Positions 52,401-64,000 of a stretch of DNA of 64,000 nt are shown here, piece after piece. The stretch comes from an uncultured Solirubrobacterales bacterium (GTDB taxonomy: Bacteria; Actinomycetota; Thermoleophilia; Solirubrobacterales; Solirubrobacteraceae): positions 7,630 to 71,629 of the forward strand of contig CAVWFX010000012.1 of assembly GCA_963754375.1 (NCBI GenBank), given 5' to 3'. Both the position numbers and the translations under genes were made by a program. The notes under the pieces are model-generated. The model worked only from the letters and a program-made list of their open reading frames with translations. It was not told where the DNA came from and ran no database searches. Every line of letters starts with the position of its first letter. Position 1 is the stretch's first letter.

Positions 52401-53441
52401 ATGCACACGCCCGCCGCTTCGTCACCAGCGCCGCTCGGCCTTCAGCGTGACGACGGCTCGGTCGATCCCGCGCTGCGCCGACGTTCTGTCCGACGAGCTG
52501 GCGGTGGCGCTCTACGAGCACATGGTGCTGGCGCGGGCCGTCGACGAGCGACTCGTCGCCCTGCAGCGCGAGGGAGCCATCGCGCAGCCATGCCAGCGCG
52601 CGCGGGCGAGGAGGCGGTCATCGTCGGCGCCGCCGCCGGCCATGCAGGACGAGCGACTGGATCTTCCCGAGCTCGCGCGAGTTCGCCGCGGCGCTCTGGC
52701 GCGGGATGCCGCTCGGTCGCCTACGCGCACCACGCCTTCGGCACCGCGCGGCGAGCCCGGCAGCGGGCGCAACGCGCCGGACCCGCCGTTCTGGAAGGCG
52801 GCGCGCGTCGCCAGCGTCTCGCCCCTCGTCGGGCACGCCAGATCCCGCACGCCGTCGGCGTGGCGTGGGCGGCGCGCATCGCAGAAGGCCGACGTCGCGG
52901 CGCTCGTCTTCTTCGGCGAGGGCGCGACGAGCAGCGGCGACTTCCACACCGGCCTCAACTTCGCCGGCGTCACGCCGCGCGCCGGTGGTGGCGGTGTGCC
53001 GCAACAACGGCTGGGCGACCAGCACCCCGGCCTCGCGACAGACCGCGAGCGCTGGCTTCGCCGTCAAGGCGATGGCGTACGGCCTGCGCGGCGTTCGCGT
53101 CGACGGCGGGGACGTCGTGGCGGTGCTCAGCGTGGTGCGCGAGGCGCGCGCGCGGGCGGTGGCGGGCCTGGGCGGGACGCTGATCGAGGCCATGGTCGTC
53201 GCGGCAGGACCGCTCGGAGACGCCGGACACCGACCCGGTGGCCCGCATGCGCCGGCACCTGGAGGCGCGCGGCCTGTGGGACGCCGGCGCGCGAGCAGCG
53301 GCTCGCCGGCGAGGTGCGCGCCGACGTCGACCGCGCCGTGGCCGAGGCCTGCCGGCGGAGGACCCGCCCGCGACACGATCTTCGACGACGTCTACGCGGA
53401 GCTGCCCTGGCACCTCCAGGAGCAGAGGGGCGCCTCGATGA
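52401..53441 (+). CDS. 2-oxoacid dehydrogenase E1 alpha-like subunit (divergent, frameshifted)
   Basis: LYEHMVLARAVDER, QIPHAVG, FFGEGATSSGDFH...CRNNGWA, RVDGGD, FDDVYAELPWHL. Confidence 0.8.
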
Positions 53442-54420
53442 CGCAGATGAACATGGTCCAGGCCATCAACGACGGCGCTCCGCATCGAGATGCGGCGCGA
53501 CCCGCGCGTCGTCGTCCTGGGCGAGGACGTCGGCAAGGTGGGCGGCGTCTTCCGCGTCACGCAGGGGCTCTGCGACGAGTTCGGCGACGACCGCGTGATC
53601 GACACGCCGCTCTCCGAGGGGGGCATCGTCGGCACCGCCATCGGCATGGCGCTCTACGGGCTGGTGCCCGGTCCCCGAGATCCAGTTCGCCGACTTCATC
53701 TTCCCGGCGTACGACCAGATCGTCAGCGAGCTCGCGAAGTACCGCTAGCGCTCGGGCGGCGAGTACCCGGCGAAGCTGGTCATCCGCACGCCGGTCGGCG
53801 GCGGCATCCGCGGCGGGCCTCTATCACTCGCAGTCGCCCGAGTCGCTCTTCATCCACGTGGCCGGGCTGAAGGTCGTGTGCCCGAGCAACCCGCACGACG
53901 CCAAGGGGCTGCTCGCTCGCGTCGATCCGCGATCCCGACCCGGTCCTCTTCTTCGAGCCGAAGCGCATCTACCGCGCGGCCAAGGGCGAGGTGCCCGAGG
54001 GGGACTACACGGTGCCGATCGGCAAGGCCGCGCGTGCGCGCGCGAGGGCAAGGACGTCACCGTGCTCGCGTGGGGCGCGATGCTCTACGAGGCCATCGCC
54101 GCGGCCGACGAGGCGCAAGAAGCAGGGCATCGACTGCGAGATTGTCGATCTGCGCACGCTGTGGCCGGTCGACATCGACACCATCGTCGCCAGCGTGAAG
54201 AAGACGGGGCGCGTCATCGTCGTGCACGAGGCGCCGAAGACGTGCGGCTTCGGCGCCGAGCTGGTCGCGCTCATCAACGAGAAGGCGTTCCTCCACCTCG
54301 AGGCGCCGCCGGTGCGCGTGTGCGGGCTGCGACACGCCGTTCCCGTACACCCTCGAGATGGAGTACCTGCCGCTGGCGCACCGCATTCTGCCGGCTATCG
54401 TCGCGACGGCGAGGTACTGA
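53438..54420 (+). CDS. 2-oxoacid dehydrogenase E1 beta subunit (frameshifted)
   Basis: [51 protein letters not shown]. Confidence 0.9.
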
Positions 54421-54446
54421 TCGACATCTCGAGAGGAGACCTGACG

Positions 54447-55814
54447 ATGGCGCGCTGGGAATTCAAGCTTCCGGACATCGGCGAAGGGGTCACCGAGGGG
54501 GAGATCGTCGGCTGGCTGGTCAAGCCGGGGGACGTCGTCAAGGAAGACCAGCCGATGGTCGAGGTGATGACCGACAAGGCGACGGTCACCATCACGGCGC
54601 CCAAGGCCGGGACGATCGTGGAGACGCGCGGCAAGGTCGGCGAGATCGTGGCGGTGCACTCGGTGCTGGTGGTCTTCGAGCTGCCGGCGCCGGCGACGGC
54701 GGCGGCTGCCGGCGTCGAGCGAACGGCGCCTGCCACGCGCGCAACGGGCACGCGCAGAAGGACGACGGGCCGGCGGCGACGGCCGTGGGCGACATCAAGG
54801 AGAACCTGCCCGGGAATGGGCGGCACGGCGCGCGGGCCGCGCGGGCCGTGCCGGCGCCGCCGGGGCCGCGTGCAGGGTACTTCAACGAGAAGCCGCTCGC
54901 CACGCCGGCGACGCGCAAGCTCGCGCGCGAGATGAGCGTCGACCTCCGGCGCGTGCCGCCGACCGGGCCGCAGGGGCGGGTCACCAAGACCGACGTGGAG
55001 GGCTTCGCGACGCGCCGTCCCGTCCGGCGCCGCACCGCGCGGCGCCCGCGGCCGTGCGTCCCGGCGCACGGCCCTCGACGCGCCCGTCCGCGTCGCGCAC
55101 GGCCCGCTGGAGGAGCGCGTCCCGTTCGCCGGCATGCGCCGCAAGATCGCGCAGAAGATGGCGCAGTCGACGCACACGGCCGCGCACTTCACCTTCGTCG
55201 AGGAGTGCGACGTCACGGCGCTCAAGGCGCTCCGCGCGCGCCTGAGGCCGCCGGCCGAGGCGCAGGGCGTGAAGCTGAGCTTCCTCCCGTTCATCGTGAA
55301 GGCGACGCGTCGCGGCGCTGAAGAAGCACCCGATGCTCAACACGGCGCTCGACGAGTCGACGAACGAGCTCGTCTTCCGGAAGTACTTCAATATCGGCAT
55401 CGCCACGGCTCGACCGACGCCGGGCTGATGGTCCCGGTGGTGAAGGACGCCGACCGCAAGAGCGTCCTCGAGATCGCGCGCGACATCGAGCGGCTCGCGA
55501 GCGACGCGAAGGCCGGCAAGGTCGAAGCTCGACGATCTGCAAGGGCTCGACGTTCACCATCACGTCGCTCGGCTCGCAGGGCGGGCTCTTCGCGACGCCC
55601 ATCATCAACTTCCCCGAGGTCGCCATCCTCGGCGTCCACCAGATGAAGCAGAAGCCGGTCGTGAAGGACGGGCAGATCGTCATCGGCGAGGTGATGCTCC
55701 TGTCGCTGTCGTTCGATCATCGCATCGTCGACGGGCACGTCGGCGCCGCCTTCGCCTACGAGGTCATCGCGGTACCTGGAGACACCGGACCTGCTGTGGA
55801 TGGAGCTGGCGTAG
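54447..55814 (+). CDS. Dihydrolipoamide acyltransferase E2 (frameshifted)
   Basis: Lipoyl domain EVMTDKAT, E3-binding [11 protein letters not shown], catalytic FDHRIVDG. Confidence 0.92.
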
Positions 55815-55823
55815 GCGGATTCG

Positions 55824-57856
55824 ATGCGGCCGCCTCGTCCTCCTCCCCGCATCGCCGCCGGCGTCATCCTTCTCGGGGTGCTGGCGGCGTGCTCGGCGAC
55901 ACGGGAAGGCGCCTCGGGGGCCCTCGAGCCGCGCTTCGTCGCGGTGCACAACGCGCTCGCGGCCATGGGGCTCGCGCAGGTGGGGCCGATCCACGAGGGC
56001 TCGCTGGCGGAGGGGCAGGAGGCGCGCGTGCCGCTCGACCTGCCGTCGGGGTGCACCACCGTGGTGGCCTTCGGCGGCGAGGGCGTGCGGGACGTCGACG
56101 CCACGCTGCGGGACGCGCACGGAGAGGCCATCGCGCACGACACGACCAGCGAGCCGCAGGCCGTCCTGCGGGCCTGCGTGGACGGCGCGGACGCCTACGT
56201 CCTCGTGGTGAAGGCGGCGTCCGGAGCGGGACACTGGGTGGTGGCCACCTGGGCGGGCGGCGTGGGAGGGGGTGGCGCGGCGACCAGCGCGCAGTCGGCG
56301 CCGGTGGCGCAGCAGGCCGCGGGGACCTGCGAGTCCCCGGTGCCGCTGGCGGCGGGGACGGTGAGCGGCTCGACGCGCGGCGGAGCAGCGTGAACACCGG
56401 CTCCTGCGACCACAGCGACGCGCGCGAGATGGTCTACCAGCTGGACGTGCCGCGCCGCCAGCGCGTGGTGGTCGACGTGGACGCGCACTTCGACTCGGTC
56501 CTCTACATCCGCAAGGACGACTGCGCGGACGAGAACGCCGAGGTGGACTGCAACGACGACTCGCCCACCGGCGGCCGCAACAAGTCCCACATCGAGCGCG
56601 TGCTGGAGCCCGGGAAGTACTTCGTCTTCGTCGACGGCTACAACCAGGAGTCGGGCGCGTACAAGCTCACCGTCGCCACCACGGACGTGGTGGCGCTCTC
56701 CGATGCATGCAAGCACGCGCCGCGTCTGGCGCCGGGGGCGGTGGTCGCGGCCACGACCGAGGGGGCGGCCGACGACGCCGAGGCGAGCTGCGGGGGCGGA
56801 GCGCCGGGCCAGGACGCGCCGTGGCGGTTCGACCTCCCCTCGCGCGCGCGCGTCCGCTTGATCGAGCACTCCGACGACGTGGCGCCGGTGGTCCACCTCC
56901 GGCGCGCGTGCAGCGATCCGGAGAGCGAAACGGCGTGCGGCGAGTCGCGTAGCGGGACGAGTGACGCGGCGGTGACCGCGGTGCTCGACGCGGGCGGATA
57001 CACGGTCTTCGCCGATGCCCGCGAGCGCGACTCGGCCGGTCGCTACACGCTGTCGCTGGAGACGGCGCCCCCGGCCGGCAGCGGCATCTCGGGCGATGCC
57101 TGCGGCGACGCCGTCCCGCTCGCCGGCGGGGGCGGCACGGTCGCCGGCGACACCTTTCCGGCGCGCGACGACGTGTCCGGGAGTTGCGGCGGCGGCGGCG
57201 CGGCGGACGTGGTGTATCGCCTGGACGTGCCCCGGCGGTCGCGATTCCAGGCATCGCTGCAAGGCGAGGAGGCCCCGCACGTGCTGGTGGTCTGGCGACG
57301 GTGCGGCGACCGAGCCTCGGAGCTCGCTTGCGGGCCGACGCTCGACGAGGTGCTCGGCCCGGGCACCTACTTCGTCGGCGTGGACGGGGCGACCCGCGAT
57401 GCGCTGGGGCGTTTCGCGCTCGGCTGGACGGTGCAGGATCTGGCGGCCCAGTCCACGGCCTGCGCCAGCGCCCCCGTGCTGGTGGATGGTCGCACCGTCG
57501 CCGGCACCACCGCCGGCGCGGGCGACCGCTTCGCCACCTCCTGCGGCGCCCGCGACGGAGCGGCCGACGGCCCCGACCGCGTCTTTCGCTTCGCCCTCGC
57601 GGCGCGCGCGAAGGTGAAGCTCGAGCTCACCGCGGCGACCTTCGATGCCTTCCTGGCCCTCCGCCGGTCCTGCGGGGACACGGCAGGCAACACCGGCGGC
57701 GTTCAGCTGGCGTGCAGCGCCGCGGCCGATCGCGGGCGGGCGACCGAGCTCGATGGCACGCTCGAGAGGGGGACCTACTGGGTGGTGGTGGACGGGCAGT
57801 CGCCGAACGACGAGGGGGCCTTCACGCTGAAGTACTCGGTCCTCGGCGCAAGGTGA
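55824..57856 (+). CDS. Putative lipoprotein with repeated Cys-rich/PPC-like beta-sandwich domains (frameshift near 56390)
   Basis: Lipobox-like GVLAAC; four repeats of SC...D/E.VYRLD...L.PGTY.V.VDG. Confidence 0.65.
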
Positions 57857-58279
57857 CGATGCCCTGGCGCTCGAGCTCGTGGCATGCAGCCGTGGCGGCC
57901 TCGAGCACCCAGCCGCCCCGCGCGCACAGGGTGGCGAGACTCGAGCTCCCGTCGATCTGGCGCAACAGAATCCCGGGTCAGCCGGGGCAGCTCGAACCAC
58001 TCCAGGTCTTCGCGGGCCATGGCCAGCGACGGCACGGCGTCGTGTCCCACCGGCGCGTGTGCTTGCGCCGGCGCGCCTCCCGCCGGCGAGTATTGTGGGA
58101 CGCCCGGAGGCGGGGGTGTGGTCGGTCGCGCGGAGGGCGGCTCCCCCTCCAGGCCAATCCTCGAGTCGCTCTCGCGAGCGAACTGTCTCGGGATCGAACG
58201 GAGGTCGCACGGTGGCGCGCGCCCCTTCGTCGTCGGCCCCGGCGTCGTGGAGGGCGGGTCTGGCGGCTTCTTCGCTCAT
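57830..58279 (-). CDS. Hypothetical protein (frameshifted)
   Basis: [12 protein letters not shown]...TVRPPFDP, then [17 protein letters not shown] in another frame. Confidence 0.35.
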
Positions 58280-58381
58280 TGTCCCAGCCTCGCCAGAATA
58301 CCCGAAGTGCCGTCTCGCACGCACCATCCTTGTCCTTTTCCGTCCTCGGCGGCTTGACGCGCACATTTCTCTCGTTCCTGG

Positions 58382-59552
58382 GTGGCCACGGCGACGACCG
58401 ACCGCTCCGGCCATGAGGCTCCCGTGGAGGTAGGCCCCGAGCCCGCGCGATCGCTCGTCCTCCAGCTCGGTGCCGCGCTTCTGGCCTGGTATGGCCGCTC
58501 GTCGCGGGACCTTCCCTGGCGGAGGACCCGCGACCCTTATGCCATCTGGGTGAGCGAGACCATGCTCCAGCAGACCCGGGTGGAGACGGTGCTCCCCTAC
58601 TACGCGCGATTCCTCCGCGAGCTCCCCGACGTGGCCAGCCTGGCGGAGGCGCCGGAGGAGCAGGTTCTCGCTCTCTGGAGCGGGCTCGGATACTACCGCC
58701 GCGCGCGCATGCTCCATGCGGCGGCCAAGACCGTGGCCGGTTCGCTGGGGGGACGGCTTCCGGAGGAGCCGGCGCAACTGAGGCGCCTGGAAGGGATCGG
58801 CGCCTACACCGCCGGGGCCATGGCCAGCATCGCTTTCGGCCGGCGGGCGGCGCTGGTGGACGGCAACGTCGCGCGTGTCCTGGCGCGTCTCTTCGCGCTC
58901 GAGTGCGACGTGAAGAGCGCCGCCGGGACCGCCGCGGTCTGGGCCGTCGCCGAGCACCTGGTGTCGAGGGTCGACGGTCCCCCCGGGGACTGGAACCAGG
59001 CGCTCATGGAGCTCGGCGCCACGGTCTGCATCCCCGCGCGAGCCGCGTTGCGCGGAATGCCCCGTCGCGACCTGCTGCCAGGGTCGTGCGCAGGGGATCG
59101 CGGCCACGCTGCCGCGGACCTCCCCCAAGCGCAAACCGCGCAGCGTGCGCCGGGTCGCCCTGGTCGTCTCTTCGACCGAGCACGTCGTCCTCGCGCGCCG
59201 GCGAAAGCCGGGTCTCTTCGGCGGCCTCTGGGAGCCCCCGACCGCGGATGGCGACGACCCGCGGCCGCTCGCCGCCCAGCTCGGCATCGACGCGCGCGGG
59301 ATACGGGCGGGCGGTCGCGTCGTTCACCTGCTGTCGCACCGGCGCATGGAGATCGACGTATCCATCGCGGCCATCGGCCGGCGGCGGCGCTGGGGGCCTC
59401 CGGGCCCGGACTACGACGCCGTGGAGACGGTGCGCATCGACGCGCTCCTGTTGCGCCCGCATGCGACACTCGCTCGCAAGATCTTGGCGGCGGCGGGCGT
59501 GGCGCCGTTGGCCAAAGAAGCGCGGCCGGGTCTACCCTCCAAGCCAAAGTGA
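58382..59552 (+). CDS. mutY: A/G-specific adenine glycosylase (frameshift near 59040)
   Basis: RDLPWR, WVSETMLQQT, WSGLGYY, GIGAYTA, VDGNVARV, NQALMELGATVC, GLFGGLWE. Confidence 0.92.
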
Positions 59553-59633
59553 CCGCATCGACCTCCGGGACCAACCCCTCGGCGCTCAGCGCTGCACCAC
59601 CAGCCATGCCGCGCCCGGGGCGCGCGCGCGCAC

Positions 59634-61076
<1,443 letters not shown>

Positions 61077-61160
61077 GGGCGGGAGGGGAGGGGCGCGCGC
61101 CGTGCGCCCAATGGCCTGTCGCGCGTCCGGCTCCCGCGCGTTATAAGGGCGCGCAGCGTG

Positions 61161-62611
61161 ATGGTCCGAAGGTGGTGCTGGTCAGCGGCGGCGGCGTGCG
61201 CAGCGTCGGCCGCGGTGGTCGTGGCCGCCCCAGCCCGCGCCGCCGATCCGGCGACGCCCGACCCCTCCACCCCGGCCGACGCGCCTGCGCTGGCGCGTCC
61301 CACCATCCGGCCGCACCAGTACACGCTCGACGAGAGCCTGGCGCTGGCCGATCGCAACTTCCCCAACCTGTGGGCGGCGCGCGCGCGCCTGGCGTACACG
61401 CACGCGCAGCTGGAGGAGGCGCGCTGGACACCCTGGTTCCAGTGGTATGCGTCGGCGCAGTTCGGCCTGCTTCCGCCGCTGCCGGGCACGGTGATCGTTC
61501 CCGGAGAGCACGCCGGCCACACGCGACATCTCGGGCCTCAACAACCTGCAGCCCTTCCTGCAGTTCGGCATCAACGGCGTCGTGCCGCTCTACACCTTCG
61601 GCAAGATCGGTTCGGCGCTCGACGCGGCCCAGGCCAACGTGCGCGTGTCCGAGTGGGACATGGAGAAGTGGCGGCAGACCATGCGCATGGACGTGCGGCG
61701 CGCCTACTACGGACTGCAGCTCGGGCGCGACGTCGAGTACATCGCGAACGACGCCGTCAGCCGCCTGGACAAGGCCGTTCAGGGCATCAAAGACAAGATG
61801 GCCAAGGGCGACGCCACGGTGGGCGACGTGAACCGCCTGGCCCTGGAGACGTACAAGCAAGAGATCGTCGCGCAGTCGTTGCAGGCGCCGAAGGGCGAGG
61901 CCTATGCGCTGGCCGGGCTCCGCTTCCTCACCGGCGTGGAGGCCGGGTTCGACGTCGTCGACGAGCCACTGAAGCGACCCGATCACCCGCTGGTGGACAT
62001 CGCCCAGTACCTGGAGGCGGCGCGCATCCTGCGCCCCGACGTGAACATGGCGCGGGCGGGGATCGTCGCGCGCAAGGCGCTCGTCGACTACAACCGCGCC
62101 CGGCTCTTTCCCGACTTCGGCCTGGGCCTGGGGGCCGACTTCATCTCCACGCCCAGCGCCGTCCCGCAGAACGACATCTACGCCAGCGACCCCTTCAACC
62201 ACTTTTACTACTACTTCGCCCTGGGGATGCGCTGGAGCCTCGACCTCCTCCCGCAGGCGGCGCGGACGCAGCAGGCCGAGGCGCAGCTCGAGGAGACGCG
62301 AGCGCTCGAGCGTCTGGCGCTGGGCAACGCCGAGTTCGAGGTCGAGAAGGCCTACGCCGACGCGGTCGAGGCCAAGGGCCGCGAGGAGACGTGGGACAAG
62401 GCCGAGCACCTGACCAAGCAGTGGATCGCCACCGTGCAGGACCACATCGATCTCGGGACCTGGGCCGAGGACGCCCTGCATCGCGCCGCTGCGCTCCTAC
62501 GCCAACGCCCGCGTCCAGCATCTCACCGCGCTCATGGACTACAACATCGCCATGAGCAACCTGGCGCTGGTCAGCGGCTGGGACAGCGCGGCGCCGGGAG
62601 GGGGGACCTGA
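61161..62611 (+). CDS. TolC family outer membrane protein (frameshifted)
   Basis: Signal peptide; YTLDESLALA, PLYTFGKI, VRRAYY, RPDV..ARAG, DYNIAMSNLA. Confidence 0.75.
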
Positions 62612-62648
62612 TCGCGCGGCCGGTGCGGCCTCCCGGCCACTCCCGCCC

Positions 62649-64000
62649 TCACCAGGGGCAGGTGGCCAGGGCCAGCACCGCGAGCAGGCGCGCCTTGACC
62701 ACGCTGAAGTCGGTGAGCGCGAGGTTCAGCTCCGCTTGACGGTGCGCCTCGGACGCGGTCACGAGCTCGAGGCTCGTTCCCTGGCCGACCGTGTACGCCG
62801 TCTGCGTCATCAAGTCGTTCTGCGCAGCGAGATCGCGCTGTTCGGTGGCGACCTTGTCGGACAGCTCGGCGACCACCAGCTGGCGCTGCGCCTGCTCGAC
62901 CTGGATGATGGCCTGCCGCCGCAGGGACTCCAGCGTTTGCGCCGCGATGTCCTCGCGCGGCGCGCGCGTTGCGCAGGTTGCCGTAGCGAACGCCCCCGTC
63001 CCACAGCGGCACGGAGAGGATGCCTTGCAGGTTCCAGGTGGGGTTGGGATAGCCGGTCGACGCGGGGGAGTTGGCGTTGACCGTGCTCTGTGCGGCCACC
63101 GTCGGCAGGAACGAGTACCAGACGTTGCGCAGGTTGCGCTTGGCCACGTCCAGCTTGGTCCGCGCGGCGGCGATGTCGGCGCGCTGATCGACGTCGCCCA
63201 CCACGTTGCAGGAGGCGATGGCGCTCTGGGTGAGACTGCCCATGTCCACGTCGGGGGCGACGCCCGTCTCCTCCGGGATCCCCAGCGCCAGGCCCAGCGC
63301 CTCGCGCGCCTCGCGCAAGGTCTCGTCGCCGTTCACCAGCGCGGCGCGAGCGTTGGCCGCGTTCTGTTGCGCGCGGACCACGTCGAGGCCGTTGGCGGCG
63401 CCGAGCGCCTGCTTGCGCTGGCTGATCTCCAGTTGCTCGAGGGCGACCTTGAGGCCCACGCGGTTGATCTCCGCGCTGCGCTCGGCAGTGACGACCGAGA
63501 CGATCTGATTGGCCACGCCCAGGGCGAGCGTGCGCTTCTCGTCCTCGGCCGAGAGGCGGCCGGCGTTTTCGCCCAGCTCGTCGATGCTGATCTGGTCGAA
63601 GAGCTGCACGTTGAGGAGCGACTGCTGGACCTGGACGCCCCCGTTCCAGGTGGTGGGCAGAGGGACGGTGTTGCTCTGGGTGATGCCGCTCCCGGTGAAG
63701 CCGATTCCGGACGCCACCTGGTTGGTCAAGAGCTGATGGGTGAACTGCCCGGTTCCCTGGATGCTCGGCAGGTATTGCGCGAGGGCGATGCGCGTCTGCG
63801 CCTCGGCTTGCAGGACCTGGTCGAGCGCGATCTCGCAGATCGGTGGAGCGAAGCCGGAGGTAGGAGAGCGCTTCCTGCCACGAGGAGATGACCCGCTTGG
63901 CCGGCGGCACCGGCGCCAGCATGGGATCGTTCACCGGAGGCGGAGGCGGAAGCGCCAGCTGCGCCGAGGCGACGGCTGCGGAGGTCGGCGGCGGGGGCGC
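62649..64000 (-). CDS. TolC family outer membrane protein (frameshifted, 5' end outside the window)
   Basis: SWQEAL..LR.RSTDL, RADIAAAR, FLPTV, LSVPLWDGG.RYG, YTVGQGTSLELV. Confidence 0.78.

Noticed and set aside
53746-53748. In-frame TAG in E1-beta as pyrrolysine or readthrough
   Set aside because: The conserved motif is YRYRSG; TAG is one base from TAC in an error-rich region, and no pyl genes are present.
56195-59287. Long antisense/alternate-frame ORFs (e.g. 56195..59287, 42977..45163, 47306..49771, 13870..15204)
   Set aside because: These are shadow ORFs typical of high-GC DNA, overlapping well-supported genes and lacking motifs.

Overview
The window appears to join DNA from two unrelated GC-rich bacteria at about 34,930. 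Bases 1-34,930 look actinobacterial (DUF222-HNH, VOC/GNAT/SRPBCC genes, acyl-CoA dehydrogenase-Nudix-TetR-LLM). They contain a ~20.2 kb decayed genomic island (8163-28383) bounded by a duplicated 3' end of the acyl-CoA dehydrogenase gene. The island carries an orphan FxLD-type methyltransferase with a structured leader, integrase/excisionase/tRNA/ISL3/resolvase relics, an orphan Bell-domain protein with a RHIM-like amyloid motif, and a 13-gene RpiR-linked catabolic cluster with two PuuE-like hydrolase paralogues and no identifiable substrate. Bases 34,931-64,000 look myxobacterial (Polyangiaceae-like): clpP-clpX-lon, tRNA-Asp, higBA, a 22-bp-period non-coding array, etfBA, nadB, Ser/Thr kinase, a 2-oxoacid dehydrogenase operon with a degenerate E1-alpha, mutY, a sigma54 regulator and two TolC genes. 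This half is full of single-base indels, consistent with an unpolished long read. Product and taxonomy calls come from motif recognition by eye; no database searches were run.
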